This document shows, piece after piece, positions 36,207 through 49,427 of a stretch of DNA of 64,000 nucleotides. Source of the stretch: Lingula anatina. Taxonomy: Eukaryota; Animalia; Brachiopoda. The stretch's first letter is position 1. Each line of letters opens with the position of its first letter. A program made the translations under genes and the position numbers. Where the stretch lies: assembly GCA_051362555.1 (NCBI GenBank), contig CM120644.1:14654534-14718533 (forward strand), read 5' to 3'. A model generated the notes under the pieces. That model was not told where the DNA came from and did no database searches. It saw nothing but the letters and a program-made list of their open reading frames with translations.

Positions 36207-37230
36207 GTGACTGTTCGGCTTACAATAGACTAATTAAAGGGTGTATGTATTTGTAAATATATATACAATTCTTTGGATATTCCATTACATATTAGAAAAC
36301 CAGTTTGCCAACATCTTGTAACTCTTTCGTCACTTGGACCATCAACGTTTTGTTTCAGCCCTCGGCACTGGTTGTATGTAAGGACGAGAATATAAGTATA
36401 TAAGGATGAGCTGTGACTTAACAGATATATAATAGAATATGAAGTATTTATGTATCATGTGTATTTTATTTTGCAAACATAAACCGCTGCCTCCTTCAAG
36501 CGAAAAATTCTCTATGATTCTTAGAAAAGAAAACTGAAGAGGCATATATTTTATACGTGTTTGTATATTACTGGGAGTACAGGAAGGGATATGTTAATTG
36601 GGACTCGGATGAGAGATTAGTTGTGATCGACCTTATTTTAATTTTAAATTCTATCAAAGACATCCAACAAACATTCAAATCTGGATTATATTTTGTATTC
36701 AACGATGCAGTTTAGTAAAAGTAGCGTCTGCTTTCCCGAATAAAAATATTGTATTCCACGCAAAATGACAAAATGTATTTTAATATTATATTACTGAAAA
36801 TAATATGTGTTCAACGCAAACATCAGTGAAGGTATGGAGTCGTATGTTTTGAACTATACGACTGGAAAAAGTGTTATTTACTTTAGTACAGGTTGTAATG
36901 CTTTGTTTTACTGAACTGTCCTTAAATTAATTGGTTTTTGCAGCGGGCTGTTCCACCACGGTGCTCACGAATATTTTTAACTCTCAAAATTACGCCTTGG
37001 TTGTCCACCGCTTGACGTTAGTAGTATTTTACTGCAGTAGGTTTCTGTTTATTAATTATGTTTTAAAGGGCTCGACCCCGGTACGTGCGGTGCAGTGCAA
37101 ATACTGCAAGTGAAAAAAAAGTTGAATTACATTTGCTACCTGCGGTGATTTTAAATTCACAAACCATTCTGTAGGGAGAATCCAGGCACAGAAATGTTGA
37201 TCTTATTTTTCCTTGTGGCGAAGGAATAAC

Positions 37231-38286
37231 TTACATGTTTCCCCAAGGTCCGCGCAACTCTTGTTTTTGACTGCAGTTTACAACTATCTGTTTATTCCAA
37301 TCATGAAAAACACTCCAAAATTTAAAGTCAGGAGCTTTGTGAATGGCTAACGGCAGTGACAGAAGACAAGAGTTCTTTTTTAATTCTGGAGGTACTGTCA
37401 ACCAAAAGTTTGGATTTCGATCCCGTTTTCGTGCGCCAGTGTGGATAAGTACACATCTTCAGTGAAGAGATGTTTCCAAAACGAAGCTGAATGGAGGACT
37501 CCGACGACTTAGAATGATGCTACTGTAGCAAATCCCGACAGGAAAGCCGGATATTTATTTCCAATGTACTGCCTAAATGAATGATAATATTTTTGTGTTG
37601 AGATTTCGAAAAGGAGAATTCTCCTTCTGGTATAAATAACCCGTGAATAACGTTTCCGTCTTGTGTTTTGGAAGATCCCTCAAGTACCTGATAATCTCGC
37701 GATAATTTGCGACAACATCGTGCCCGCACCTCAAGATAAATTTTGCACCTGTGCAGTAATCAATGGCCCATCTCATGGCCAGTAGTGACTTTAGAGTGAA
37801 ATTCTTGTAAGAGTCGTAAAATGTCATTTTGATGATATCTTTTTGTTCAGAGTTTTCTGCTAATATCCCATGTTCCATGTCTGAATCATTTGTTTTGGCG
37901 ACAACAGTTTTTATTTTCTCTCCAAGAACGTCCTTAACGCTCCCACACGTCTTTCGGTACATGTCCCTGGTGACAAAATCACGAGGATCGGACATAACTA
38001 ACACTAGGAGAAATACGTCGTCTGTATCCCTGCAGTGGTTGTTTATGATGTACCTGTATCTTTTAATATGGTACCACAGGTCAGAATCATTTTTCTTTAG
38101 CTCACATACAATCTCCTGTAACATGCAATCCCCAAGACTAATCTGTTGACTGTCCTCTTGAACCAATTCTCCTGGATGCCTCCTGCTGAGATTTTCGGAA
38201 CTTTGCATCTTTCGGTTTCCATCTTCATCTTTGTTTTTGACGGAGAGCGCGCCATTCCGGGTACACTGCACAACGCTAGAGAACAT
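37231..38286 (-). pseudogene. GT31 copy 3, pseudogene
   Basis: In-frame loss of 30 codons including the TM anchor (MFSSVVQ|CTRNG), a 1-bp insertion near 37601 (frameshift), and a ~10-bp deletion near 37416. Retains RCGHDV. Confidence 0.9.
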
Positions 38287-38361
38287 GTACGATACCGTTT
38301 GCTATATATATATCTCATCAGCTATTCCGTTATATACTACAGCGTACATATACATGTGTAG

Positions 38362-38525
38362 CAGGGGCGTAACCAGACCTTTTAAAATTGTACGTACAGA
38401 TTTTGAAAATTCCCAGGTACGATTATATTCCGTGAAAAATACACTAAATTTATGGAGAATAATATCATGGTTGGCTAAAAATTGTACGCACAGTGCATCC
38501 GTGCGTATGCCTGGTTACGCCCCTG
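38362..38525. mobile_element. MITE with CAG termini and 5-bp TSD, inserted upstream of GT31 copy 3
   Basis: TIR CAGGGGCGTAACCAG...CTGGTTACGCCCCTG; TSD TGTAG at 38357-38361 and 38526-38530. Confidence 0.85.
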
Positions 38526-38750
38526 TGTAGTATGTATGATCTTTCGCTTTTTCTAGCCCCATGAATTATACTGTCCGATATTCAAACACTCAAAAATTTC
38601 GAGTGCTCATATTCACTGTTATTCAAATAGCACAATGGACGTGGATAATTTACAACATGGCGTTCCCGTTATCTTTTTATTCCTGATGTGGGTAATTATC
38701 CAAACAAAGACGACACTTTAAAATATTATAAACAGGTGTATTCATGCGAA

Positions 38751-40593
38751 AGTGACTGCGGACACTTTACTGGGAGACCAACTGGCAGGTAAAGAAGAGC
38801 GCTAGGCAAGACAAGCGAGCCTTCATTCACGAACTCACAGAGGAGACAGAGGCAGCAGCAAGGAAGGGAGACATGAAAAGAATCTATGAAATTACAAGAG
38901 CGTTATCAGAAAACGAGGAACCTTACCCAACCAGCGAGAGACAAGAACGGTACCGTAAGACCATAGCAGGAGAGGCAGAGCAAAGAGCAAGATGGGCAGA
39001 ATATTTTAAGGAGACTTTGAACAGAACCCCACCAGCAGTACCTCCTGACATACCACCAGCCAATCAGTTACTTGACGTTAATACTAACCCACCAACAAAG
39101 CAAGAGATCATGAAAGCCATCAAGTCCCTGAAGTCTGGCAAAGCAGCAGGACCAGACGGCATTCCACCAGAAGCCCTGAAGGCAGACATCCAGACATCAA
39201 CGAATTGCTGCACCCATTGCTAGTAAAGATCTGGGAGAAGGAAGCAGTACCAGAGGACTGGAAGAAGGACTGTATTGTGAAACTACCCAAGAAATGAGAC
39301 CTCACGTTGTGCAACAACTGGAGAGGGATTATGCTACTTTTTATACCTGGAAAAGTACTGTAAAAATCATCTTGGAGAGACTTAAGACTGCCCTCAACAT
39401 GACCCTGCGAGACGAACAAGCAGGCTTCCGCCAAGATAGATCCTGTACAGACCACATCACCACAATGAGAATCATCATCGAGCCGTCATTGGACTGGCAG
39501 ACACCACTGTACAGCGTTTTTGTAGACTTCCAGAAGGCGTTTGACAGCGTGGACAAGGAGGTCATCTGGAAACTGATGCAGCACTATGGGGTTCCCCCAA
39601 AGTACGTCACCATCATTCAGCAGCTGTATGAAGATGCAACCTGCCAAGTCATACACGAGGGAAAGCTAACTGACCCCTCCCAGATACAGACCGCTGTACG
39701 TCAGGTGATGGTGGTGGACTGGATTATGCGGCAATCTACTGCAGGCCATAAGACCGGCATCCAGTGGACATTCAACAAGCAGTTGGAAGACTTCGACTTT
39801 GCAGATGACATTAGCCTTCTCTCTCACAGACAACAACATGCCCAGGAGAAACTAGAACGTGTCGCAGTAGAGGCAGAGAAGACTGGCCTCAGGGTCAACA
39901 TCAGGAAGACCGAGGTCCTACGCATCAACAACCAACAGCAAGACCCTCTAATTTCTACAGTGGGAGGAGATCAAGGAAGTAGACAAGTTCACTTACCTGG
40001 GCAGCGTAGTGAGTAAAGATGGTGGAGCAGATGATGACATCAGGAGCCGCATCAACAAAGCAAGACATGCCTTCAGACTTTTTCACCCTATCTGGCGATC
40101 TTCAGCTATCTCACTCCAAAACACTATCAGAATTTTTAACACCAACGTCTAGTCATTCATGCTTTATGTCTCAGAGACATGGTGCACAACAAAAACCAAC
40201 AGGAAAAAATTGCAAACTTTCGCCAACAGGTGCTTGCGTAACATCTTAAAAATCAGGCGGCCAGAAGTTATTTCAAACGAAGACCTCTGGGATAGAACAA
40301 ACACCAATAGAAATAGACATCAAAAAGAGGAAATGGGGGGTGGATAGGCCATACCTTACGCAAACCAACAACAAACGTAACTCGCCAGTCACTAAACTGG
40401 AACCCCCAGGGAAAGCGGAAAGTTGGAAGACCCAGGCAGACTTGGCAAAGGAGCACCGACACTGAAATGAAGACAGCTGGAATGACATGGGCCGATCTGA
40501 AGATGATCTCCCAGAATCGTGTCCGTTGGAGGGGTGTTGTTGCGGCCCTTTTCTCCCCCGAGGAGATAGAGGCATAATAGATGGATGGAATGA
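38751..40593 (+). mobile_element. 5'-truncated RTE-clade LINE, degenerate
   Basis: GKAAGPDGIPPEALK, EQAGFRQDRSCTDHI, FVDFQKAFDSV, IQWTFNKQLEDFDFADDISLLS, WIGHTLRK, WNPQGKRKVGRPRQTW; short (GATG)-like tail; frameshifts. Confidence 0.9.
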
Positions 40594-40677
40594 TACCGTG
40601 TAGATAGAAGTGCTAGTATATACAAAACAATAATACAATATGATAACACATCATCTCCCCTCTTATGAAAGGTTTGC

Positions 40678-40679
<2 letters not shown>

Positions 40680-40751
<72 letters not shown>
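40680..40751. repeat. (TA)n microsatellite
   Basis: Pure TA run. Confidence 0.95.
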
Positions 40752-40756
<5 letters not shown>

Positions 40757-40859
40757 TGAACACATTTTAGAATGATTTTATTTCTTATATTAGAACGATT
40801 TTATTATGTGATTTTAATACTATGGAAATTATGGGGTATTACGATTTAAGAGCCAGATC

Positions 40860-41141
40860 CAGGGGCAGATCCAGGATTATTAGAAGGGGGGATCCAAAAC
40901 GACAGGCCTCGGATGCGAAGCCGACCATCGCCCACTCGCTGTGGGGTTAACGTTTGGCGCCTGCTCAAGGGCCCAAAAATATCTTGGTAATTTGGAGAGC
41001 AGTGCCCTTTGGTTTGGTTTAGAACTATGATATAGGTAGTCGAAATTCTAATTTCAAGAGAGAAATATTGGTTGTGATATAATTATCAGAACCCGAAGGG
41101 GGGCTCAGGACCCCCCTGACTCCCCTCTAAATCCACCACTG
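40860..41141. mobile_element. Degenerate CAG-terminus MITE
   Basis: CAGGGGCAGATCC...AAATCCACCACTG imperfect TIRs with GC-rich subterminal tracts; TSD unclear. Confidence 0.5.
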
Positions 41142-41195
41142 GATTTTATGTATGTACTCTTTTGTCTTTCACCTCTGAGGTGGAAATAAATAAAT

Positions 41196-41226
<31 letters not shown>

Positions 41227-41810
41227 TTAATTATAAGAAGTGCTGAAAGCATGACATTCTTCACTGTCGTTAATTAAAGACTGACAAGTTATATACCATT
41301 AATTATTCAAATTTAAAGACAGCTCGGTAGACAACGTGCGTTAGACCATTGTATAGGGATAGGTTTAAAGTCAAATGTTCATCACATCTGTTTTTCAAGA
41401 TATTTAATTTATCATTTATACTAATTTTCATTCAAACTGGGGTTCTTTAACCGACAGAGTAAAAAATCAAGAAACGAACATTATGTACCTGCAAGTCGAT
41501 GCTCAAGTACAGTAAAACTCTCTATATAAAGATAAAGAAACACGAAGACCGAATTTAGCTGACAAGTTGTCTCAAATAATTTCTCTTTAAAACTCTCGAC
41601 TTGATTTGTTTGCATACATTTGACATAAATGTGCAGTAACTCTACCTACTAGCTTTCATTTAATTTTAATTAAAATTTTCATTTTGACCGTATCCCAATA
41701 CGTATTTTAAAATTACATTGTGCAGACTTCAAGACAAGACTTGTGTGAATATATGATTCAAAGATTGAATAATTCATTAATATATGATGAATAGAATAAG
41801 GATCACGTTA

Positions 41811-41849
41811 CCTTGGCGGAGGCCTGCGCTCTTTGAGGGCTTTTCTTGT
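41811..41849 (+). mobile_element. Possible 3' end of a Helentron-associated (HINE/DINE-like) element
   Basis: CCTTGGCGGAGG followed by a short stem-loop (GCGCTC..GAGGGC) and a T-rich end; the matching 5' end was not found. Confidence 0.3.
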
Positions 41850-44526
41850 GTTTATAATCAAAGACGTTATAATAAATAATGTCCACTAAAATAGTTGGAT
41901 TGTACAATAATTTATATAAATTAATATAACTCTTAAACGAATTTTTAGAAATTTATAAAAATAGATAAAAGCGTTTTAATTGATTAAAATTATATTCAGC
42001 ACATGGAGGATATTTTTAAAAATACAAATGTACGATCTTTTATTCATCCAAGAATGCATTAATGGTCTTATTTCAAGAAACTATGCATTTGAATATTTCC
42101 CATTGTCATACTTTCTATGCCTACGTGCCGTTCAAGGCTCCTAATCTTTCCCAATTCAGGTCTTAAAAACTACACAACTCCTCAAATAAAATAAGTTACC
42201 GTCAATAATTCCATCGGAGATGTACAGGAAGAAACTGCTGTCTAATGACTGACCAGACATTTAGAACTAAATCATCAAAATTTTTATCTAATTGGAATAA
42301 AACATCAAATACAAGCGCTGGGAGGGCAGTAGAAAAAGAATGTTTTCCCCACCGAGGAAATTTCATTTTGGCTAAGAAACCACTGATTAATAAATGTCGT
42401 CACCGGCTTAGGTCATCACTTGGACAAAAAATTGCAACAACTCTGTAATGCAAATTGGATGTACATACACCCTTTTCTAGTCCCTCAGTTCTGTTGTTTG
42501 ATGATCCATAAATTTGGCCATTTTTTTAAATGAAGAATAGAAGGAGAAACGTAAAATAACAGATAATGGACTGGCTGAGTAAAACTAAAGGCAATCTGTA
42601 GGCTTGCTGCTTTAGATGAGGCAAGGGTGGTGTTTGTAACAGCTAAAACAATCGCACACACGTAAGATGTCCAGTGAAAACGTGTCTTGATTGTGATGAA
42701 AAATATTACCTTCTTACACATTTTACTAAGTGATTTGTTGACAATTCAAACGACAATTGTTGCCCTTGCGTAAACTGCTGTAAAGTCCTGATGCTTGTAC
42801 GCATGGGAATACAAAACATTTCATGCATTTATTTATCTATTCATTTATTTGCCTCACAGACGTTTTACTAGGGCTGTAAGACAGTCTTATGTATTTTGAA
42901 AATCCTGTGCTTCTTACATGACACTTTGATTACAAACATTTTAGGGAAAATGGGTGGGATCTCAGGTGTTAATAAATAACAGTTGGTGTAGAAAACTCGG
43001 ATATTACGGACAAGGAAAAATACCAGTTGTCCTAGGTATTAAAATGTTTAATCATTTGGGTGTGGATCAGATAAAAACGGTTTTTATGCTTTGGCATCAC
43101 ATCAACAAAATAATTTTTTGTGCTACCGTGGTATGTCAGGCTTGGTGACTAGCTTAAAACAGCTTATTTTAAAAAATCAGCTTGCACAGTGTTCAATAGG
43201 GACGGCAAGATTTTGCGGCTCCTAAAAGGTTGTCTATAGGTTACGAGCACATTGTGATCCAGGTTTAAATGTCCAGTATTGTTTGAGCAACGTTTTCACC
43301 ACAGTTTTCACCACGTTTTCACTACAGTTAGGATCGAGTGATCACCTGTAGACTAAGATATAATGCAGTAGAGGAGATGCTGCACGAGTTATGGAATATA
43401 TTGCTGTTGTTGAGACATGATTGTAGTTGAGACACCCAGAGTTCCTATACTGATTCCTATACTGATTTCTGTAAATCAGAACGTTCAACATGTAACACAT
43501 ACATAAACCCGGCAATATATTCATTCGAAGGTTTGTTTGTCTAAATTATTACTAGCCACAGTAGGCGAATTTATTGATGTTTCTCTAAGATTCATCTCTC
43601 AAATCAAAGCAAGGTTACTTAATCCACAATATAACATTAAGCTGAAGACCCAGTACTGATTTTCTTATGCACGCTGCGTTAAATCTATGTTTAACACCCC
43701 TGCTACTAGGTCAGTTGTATCAGTGTCACTATTGAATTCAGTCAGATAACAGCGATGAAATAATGTGTCACCATGATTAAGATAACTTTGAAGTCTCATT
43801 GAACACTGAACGCCTCACCTGACCAGGTGTACGTGTCAAGAGAGACAGCACATCTAATGGCGACTGGGGGAGTGTACTTGCCACCAAGAGAAATACAACT
43901 GGAGAAAGAACAGGTAAATCCCACTCCTAATATATCGTAATAATTCGGATAATTGTCTGATAATGTAGTGGGATGGTGCTTGCTATAGTGTTTGTCTCTG
44001 TAGGGTGGTATAAACCTAACACGTCGTTACCGAGTTCGGGTTGTATTATTCACTCGTCATAATACCCACAGTGTGATATTTCGGTTACCTACGTTTTTTT
44101 AGAATTATCTTTCATTTTCAGTTTTCATTTATTTCATAATTCAATTGATAGATTACAATAATTTCAATAACATATCTTTTTGTTAAGTTTCATTCGTACT
44201 TCCGCCTTTCTTTTTCTTTTTCTTTTTTTGCTTTGTGTTTGGTCTTATTACTGCATTCATTTTCATTCTAGTGATGTAAACGTTTGTCACATACATATAA
44301 TAAAGAGGATTACATGGTGCTTTACAAAAAAAAAAAAAACAATGAAGCCGTTTTATACATTTTCTTTTATGTGTCGTACTCGTTGTCGTACTCGTTTTAA
44401 GTTAAAGTTGCATACCTTACATTACCTGTATTTGAATATGGCTTTTTGATGTTTACCTCCATTACCAAATCTTCATCTTTTATCTGGTGTATTTCATTTC
44501 TTTATTTTATTTTGGACTTAGAAGCC

Positions 44527-46425
44527 ATGTCTCTGTCCAAGATCCTAACGGAAGATTTCCTAACATGCAGCATATGCCATGAAAAGTTCAAAGATCCCAA
44601 GGTCCTCAGCTGTGCCCATACGTTTTGCCAGCATTGCCTCCAAGACCATCTAGGCAAAAAATTTCAAGGTCAGCCTCACTTCCCTTGTCCTATCTGTAGA
44701 CGTCAGTGTGTCCTCCCTGGAGGCGGTGTAAGTGCTATACAAACAAATCATCTTCTGGTCAGCATATCACACACACATGGTCAAGTAGAACAAGCCAAAG
44801 CTGCCAAGAAATGCAAGATATGTTGCATGAAAAATGTCTCCAATCCACCAAAGGTAACAAAACGCTGTTTGGACTGTGAGGAAAGTATGTGTGGAGATTG
44901 TTCTTCGGTACATATGCTTCATAACTTCAGTCGTGACCACAAGCTGTTTCCTGTCGACCAGTTTGACAGCGACGAATACGTGACAGAGCTGCGCGCCCGG
45001 CAGAACATCATGTGCGACCACAACAACAAGGACCCCGTAGAAATCTTCTGCCCAGTGTGCAAAAAGTTCGTCTGTGTCGGTTGTATGGTTTTAGAACACC
45101 AGGGTCATGATTGCCTTAGAATCAACACTGCTGCCAACAAACGCAAGGAGAAACTAGAACTCTGCGTGAAGCCTATCGAGAAGAAAAGCCTACGGTACGA
45201 TTGCTTTATAACTGCTGCTGAAGACCAGAAATTATCAGTAGAAGAGGGAAGGAAGAATGCAAAGTGTCAAGTAAACAGGCAGTTGGAGCAAGTTATTAAG
45301 ATGGTCCGTCAACGTGCCAATGATCTTCTGGGAGAAATAGATGCCATGTCAAATGCCAAATTAGACATTTTAAATGGTTTAGTTGCAACTGCTACCGCCG
45401 ACCAAAACCAACTTGACGACGTTGTAGACTTCTCAAGGAAACTCATTAACCATGGCAACGATATAGATGTCGTCCAAATGACCTCGGCCTGTGAGCAAAG
45501 CAGCGAGAGCGTTCAGACTCTAGACATCCCGAGTCTGCCCGCAGCCATGACCCAGCTACAGCTTATCACAAAAGACATGGATGAGTGCGTCACCAATATA
45601 AACAGTTGCCTCGGAGACGTGGTTCCAGCCGGCAGTGGAAGACTGGTGACATCATTCAAAGTAAAACTGGCCAAGTCTCCTGAGGAGATTATCAGTCACG
45701 TGACCACTGATGCAAACGGTGATGTCATTATTGGTATATTTTGCAATGAGAGCATGTCACGGAATAGAATTCACATTTACGATTCCACCTTTGTCCTTCA
45801 GGGCTCGATTCCAAACCCAAGAGCAGCAGAAAAAGACGGCTTTGCTGGAATTGCCATTGATGATCACGGAGACATTGTCACTAGATGCCAGACGTCAAAA
45901 GAAATCATTGTCTACTCCAAGAAAGGAGATCACGTGAGAACATTCCACAGTGAATCACCGGAAGCAGTAGCGGTAAACAGCAAGGGTCACTATGTAGTAG
46001 CAGGTCGCAGTACTCTGACTGTGCACCGCAAGAATGGCGAGGTCCTGCAGACGAGACGCGACCCAGAGAACAAACATAACAAACACGTCCACTGTAACGT
46101 CAATGATGACGTCATCGTCACAGGTGATGATCACATCCGTGTATACAATTCCACCCTCCAGCTTAAATACAGATATGGTACCCAGGGTGATGGGAACGGA
46201 CAGGTGAACGGCCCGTGCGGCGCATGCTGCTTGGATAATGGAGACATCATTCTAACCGACCTCAACAACCATCGTCTACACCTGGTGTCACCAGATGGGA
46301 AATTCAAGCAGATTTTTTTGAGCGAAGAAAATGGACTTTATAGGCCGAAAGTTGTTGCAATAAATCATCTCGGACAACTTGTTGTTGGGGAAAGGCAAGG
46401 CGAAATTAAATTCTATGAATTATGA
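44527..46425 (+). CDS. TRIM-NHL protein, copy 4 (632 aa)
   Basis: Intact paralog; gccATG at 44527. The ORF-track N-terminal extension runs through the predicted intron. Confidence 0.95.
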   Translation: MSLSKILTEDFLTCSICHEKFKDPKVLSCAHTFCQHCLQDHLGKKFQGQPHFPCPICRRQCVLPGGGVSAIQTNHLLVSISHTHGQVEQAKAAKKCKICCMKNVSNPPKVTKRCLDCEESMCGDCSSVHMLHNFSRDHKLFPVDQFDSDEYVTELRARQNIMCDHNNKDPVEIFCPVCKKFVCVGCMVLEHQGHDCLRINTAANKRKEKLELCVKPIEKKSLRYDCFITAAEDQKLSVEEGRKNAKCQVNRQLEQVIKMVRQRANDLLGEIDAMSNAKLDILNGLVATATADQNQLDDVVDFSRKLINHGNDIDVVQMTSACEQSSESVQTLDIPSLPAAMTQLQLITKDMDECVTNINSCLGDVVPAGSGRLVTSFKVKLAKSPEEIISHVTTDANGDVIIGIFCNESMSRNRIHIYDSTFVLQGSIPNPRAAEKDGFAGIAIDDHGDIVTRCQTSKEIIVYSKKGDHVRTFHSESPEAVAVNSKGHYVVAGRSTLTVHRKNGEVLQTRRDPENKHNKHVHCNVNDDVIVTGDDHIRVYNSTLQLKYRYGTQGDGNGQVNGPCGACCLDNGDIILTDLNNHRLHLVSPDGKFKQIFLSEENGLYRPKVVAINHLGQLVVGERQGEIKFYEL

Positions 46426-46530
46426 GTGAATGTGCGACAACAATGGAGTCCAAATGTGTTTGTATACAGATAATTCTGTTAACATTTGATGAGATATAAC
46501 TATTTTCCCAACACCTTGTACATATATGTC

Positions 46531-48149
46531 TAAGGCCCAGACCAAATCTAGTACCATGCATAAGAAGCCTAGACCCCATGTTAATTACGCCCTGGCTGGG
46601 CTCAGTCTTTGCATGGTTAACAGCATAATGGGCAAGTTAATTGACCAAGTTAATTGGCCAAGCTGTCAGTTAAACTTGTTTTTAAAGGTGAAGTGTGCTG
46701 AGTAATTGTAGATTGTTGGATGTATGTTGGAATGCGATTTTATATCTTTGACCACTTCACTTACTGTCTAAGTAGGGTTAAGGCTGGCATTACAGTACCT
46801 GCTTATGAATAGCAGGCTCTTTTTTGTAACTATTTTCAGTAACACTCACTCATTATTTAAAATTACAAGTTGTTCAAATTTCTAGATTTTGATTCCTTAT
46901 TAGTCTCATGAGATTTTGAGTCTTTATGATGGACCATTTCACAGTATTTTGAGTGTTATCTTCTGTGAGTAACATATCTCAGATTTGTATTCTTATCTTA
47001 AAGCATCCATCAAAAATGGATACTAGGCTTTGCAAACAATATAGTTTGAATTAAGAAAAAACAACTCTAAAGCTGTCAGATTGATGTCGAATGTAAGCAT
47101 GGCATTGAAAGATATATTTGAGACCTTATTAGTTTTTAAAATTGTGTCCTAATGAATCGACTTTATCAGTGATCTAAACTGCCATAGATTATGATGCAAA
47201 TAAAATATATATTATAACTTTAGGGACTTCTGTTATAGCTGTGCCCGCAAATGGAGCAAATATTTGCTATAAATTCACACTTTTCTCTGTTATTTATCCT
47301 TAAGAAAACGCAGATATTTTCCCAAAAGGCAAACAAAACACTAAAGGGCAGACTTTTTTTCCTATAATCTGTATAAAATCTAGATAATTAAAATAACACA
47401 CTAACAAACGGAGCCCACCTTTAATTTAACATTTCTTAAAGGTACATACGAACCGAGCATCGGTGGATAGTGGATTCCCAGTAACACATGTAAACCACTT
47501 CTACTAGATTCTTATATGACTCAAATAAATTCGACATGCCAAGGGATAAACTGAACAGATCACTCGATCAGCCATAAAAGACCTTTAGACTGCTCCTTTC
47601 TTTAAATTTATGGTTGTAAATTTAACCTACTTCCGTGACCTACTTTCCTGCCCCATTGCCATACAGCTTAGAATGCCAGCAGAAAAATCTGTTCAAACAT
47701 CATTTTCGGGTAAAATTAAACAATGCCTTTTGGTAATTCTCTTAGTTATACTACTTGAAACTATATGCTGGCATTTGGTTGGTTTTTGTGACAAAAAATT
47801 GACTTTGTATGCATCTTTAAGTAAATGTTACCAAATCAATCTACACGCCTTTTCTTTAAACATTAAACATCTTTAAAAATATCATCCTCAGATGTATTTT
47901 ACAAATCACAGGTAATGAAATGTTACTCAATCTCAATTGTCACATCTCTAAGTATCATAGTACATGTATGTGCCTTGATCTAAGACATCCCCTGCACATG
48001 CCATACAAACAAATTGGCAGCTTGGCCAATTAACTTGCCCATTTTGTTGTTAACAATGCAAAGACACCATAAAGACTGGGCCAAGCCAGGGCGTAATTAA
48101 CATGGGTTCTGGGCTTCTAATGCATAGGACTAGATTTGGTCTGGGCCCT

Positions 48150-48151
<2 letters not shown>
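46531..48151. mobile_element. 1.6-kb non-autonomous DNA transposon with ~130-bp TIRs, next to a (TA)n tract
   Basis: Left AAGGCCCAGACCAAATCTAGT...GGGCAAGTTAATTG matches the reverse complement of 48020-48150; absent from the 3' flanks of the other TRIM copies; no transposase ORF. Confidence 0.8.

Positions 48152-48236
<85 letters not shown>
48152..48236. repeat. (TA)n microsatellite
   Basis: Pure TA run. Confidence 0.95.
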
Positions 48237-48240
<4 letters not shown>

Positions 48241-49263
48241 GGAAAATGAACATTCTTTCAGTAAAGAGCTCGCGGCACACTGGTAGTTTATAAGGACGAA
48301 AATTCTTTGCTTTATTTAGCATTCATATAACGGAGTTGGATGTATTCATATATTATGTGTATTTTATTTTGCAAAAATTGACTGTTGCCTAGACTCTTTC
48401 AAGCAAAGAATGTGATTCTTAGCAAAGAAAACTGAGGAGGCTAATATTTTCTACATGTATGTATATCATTGTGAGTACAGGATGAAGTTAAATTGTGTTA
48501 ATTGGGTCTCGGATGAGAGATGGTTAGTTGTGAAGAATAGAAGGATAACCGTAAAAATAACAGATTGTGGACTGGCTGAGAAAAACTAAAGGCAGGTCTA
48601 CTTTCCGAAAATGCAATTTGTAGACAGTCCTATAAGTATTTTGAAAATCCTGTGCTTCTTACATGACACTTTGATTACAAACATTTTAGGGAAAATGGGT
48701 GGGATCCCAGGTGTTAATAAATAACAGTTGGTGTGGAAAACTCAGATATTACGGACAAGGAAAAATACTAGTTGTCCTAGGTATTAAAACGTTTAATCAT
48801 TTGGGTGTGGATCAGGTAAAACGGTTTTATGCTTTGGCATCACATCAACAAAATAATTTTTGTGGTACCGGGGTATGTCAGGCTTGGTGACTAGGGTAAA
48901 ACAGCTTATTTTAAAAAATCAGCTTGCACAGTGTTCGATAGGGACGGCAAGATTTTGTGGCTCTTAAAAGGTTGTCTATAGATTACAAGCGCAGTGTGAT
49001 CCAGGTTTAAAGCTCCAATATTGTTTGGGCAACGTTTTCACCACAGTTTTCACCACGTTTTCATTACAAGCAGGATTTAGATTACGTGTAGATCACGATC
49101 ACCTGTAGACTAAGATACAATGCGGTAGAGGAGATACTGAACGAGTTGTGGAATATACTGCTGTTGTTGAGACGTGATTGTAGTAGTTGAGACACCCAGA
49201 GTTCCTATACTGATTCAAATTGTAAACAAAAAAGTTCAACATGTAACCCATACATTAACCCGG

Positions 49264-49427
49264 TGTAACGAAACTTAAGGTCCGTGTAACAGAGAGTCCG
49301 GCCTCCATATCATTACAATGTTTAGCGCTAGTTTCACCTAAATGTGTCAAAATCTAGGGCAAGGCTCACCTGTACAAATGAATGGGAAGCGGACTCTCTG
49401 TCATGGAGGACTCTCTGTCACGTTACA
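49264..49427. mobile_element. 164-bp MITE with TGT...ACA ends (Ginger-like) at a CCGG site
   Basis: TGTAACG...CGTTACA termini, subterminal inverted repeat ACAGAGAGTCCG/CGGACTCTCTGT, flanks CCGG/ACGG; other units have the empty site AACCCGGCAATAT. Confidence 0.75.

Noticed and set aside
40392-40763. ORFs with YIYI, poly-K or poly-F tracts (also 48050-48322, 50295-50498)
   Set aside because: Products of (TA)n and poly(T) runs or antisense to LINE sequence.
42245-42448. Possible Penelope GIY-YIG C-terminal relic (LINKCRH)
   Set aside because: Only a 7-residue resemblance; no RT or GIY-YIG motif found nearby.
44446-44526. N-terminal extensions of TRIM copies 4 and 5 (and TTG starts in copies 1-3)
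   Set aside because: They run through the polypyrimidine tract and acceptor region; all copies share the gccATG giving 632 aa.
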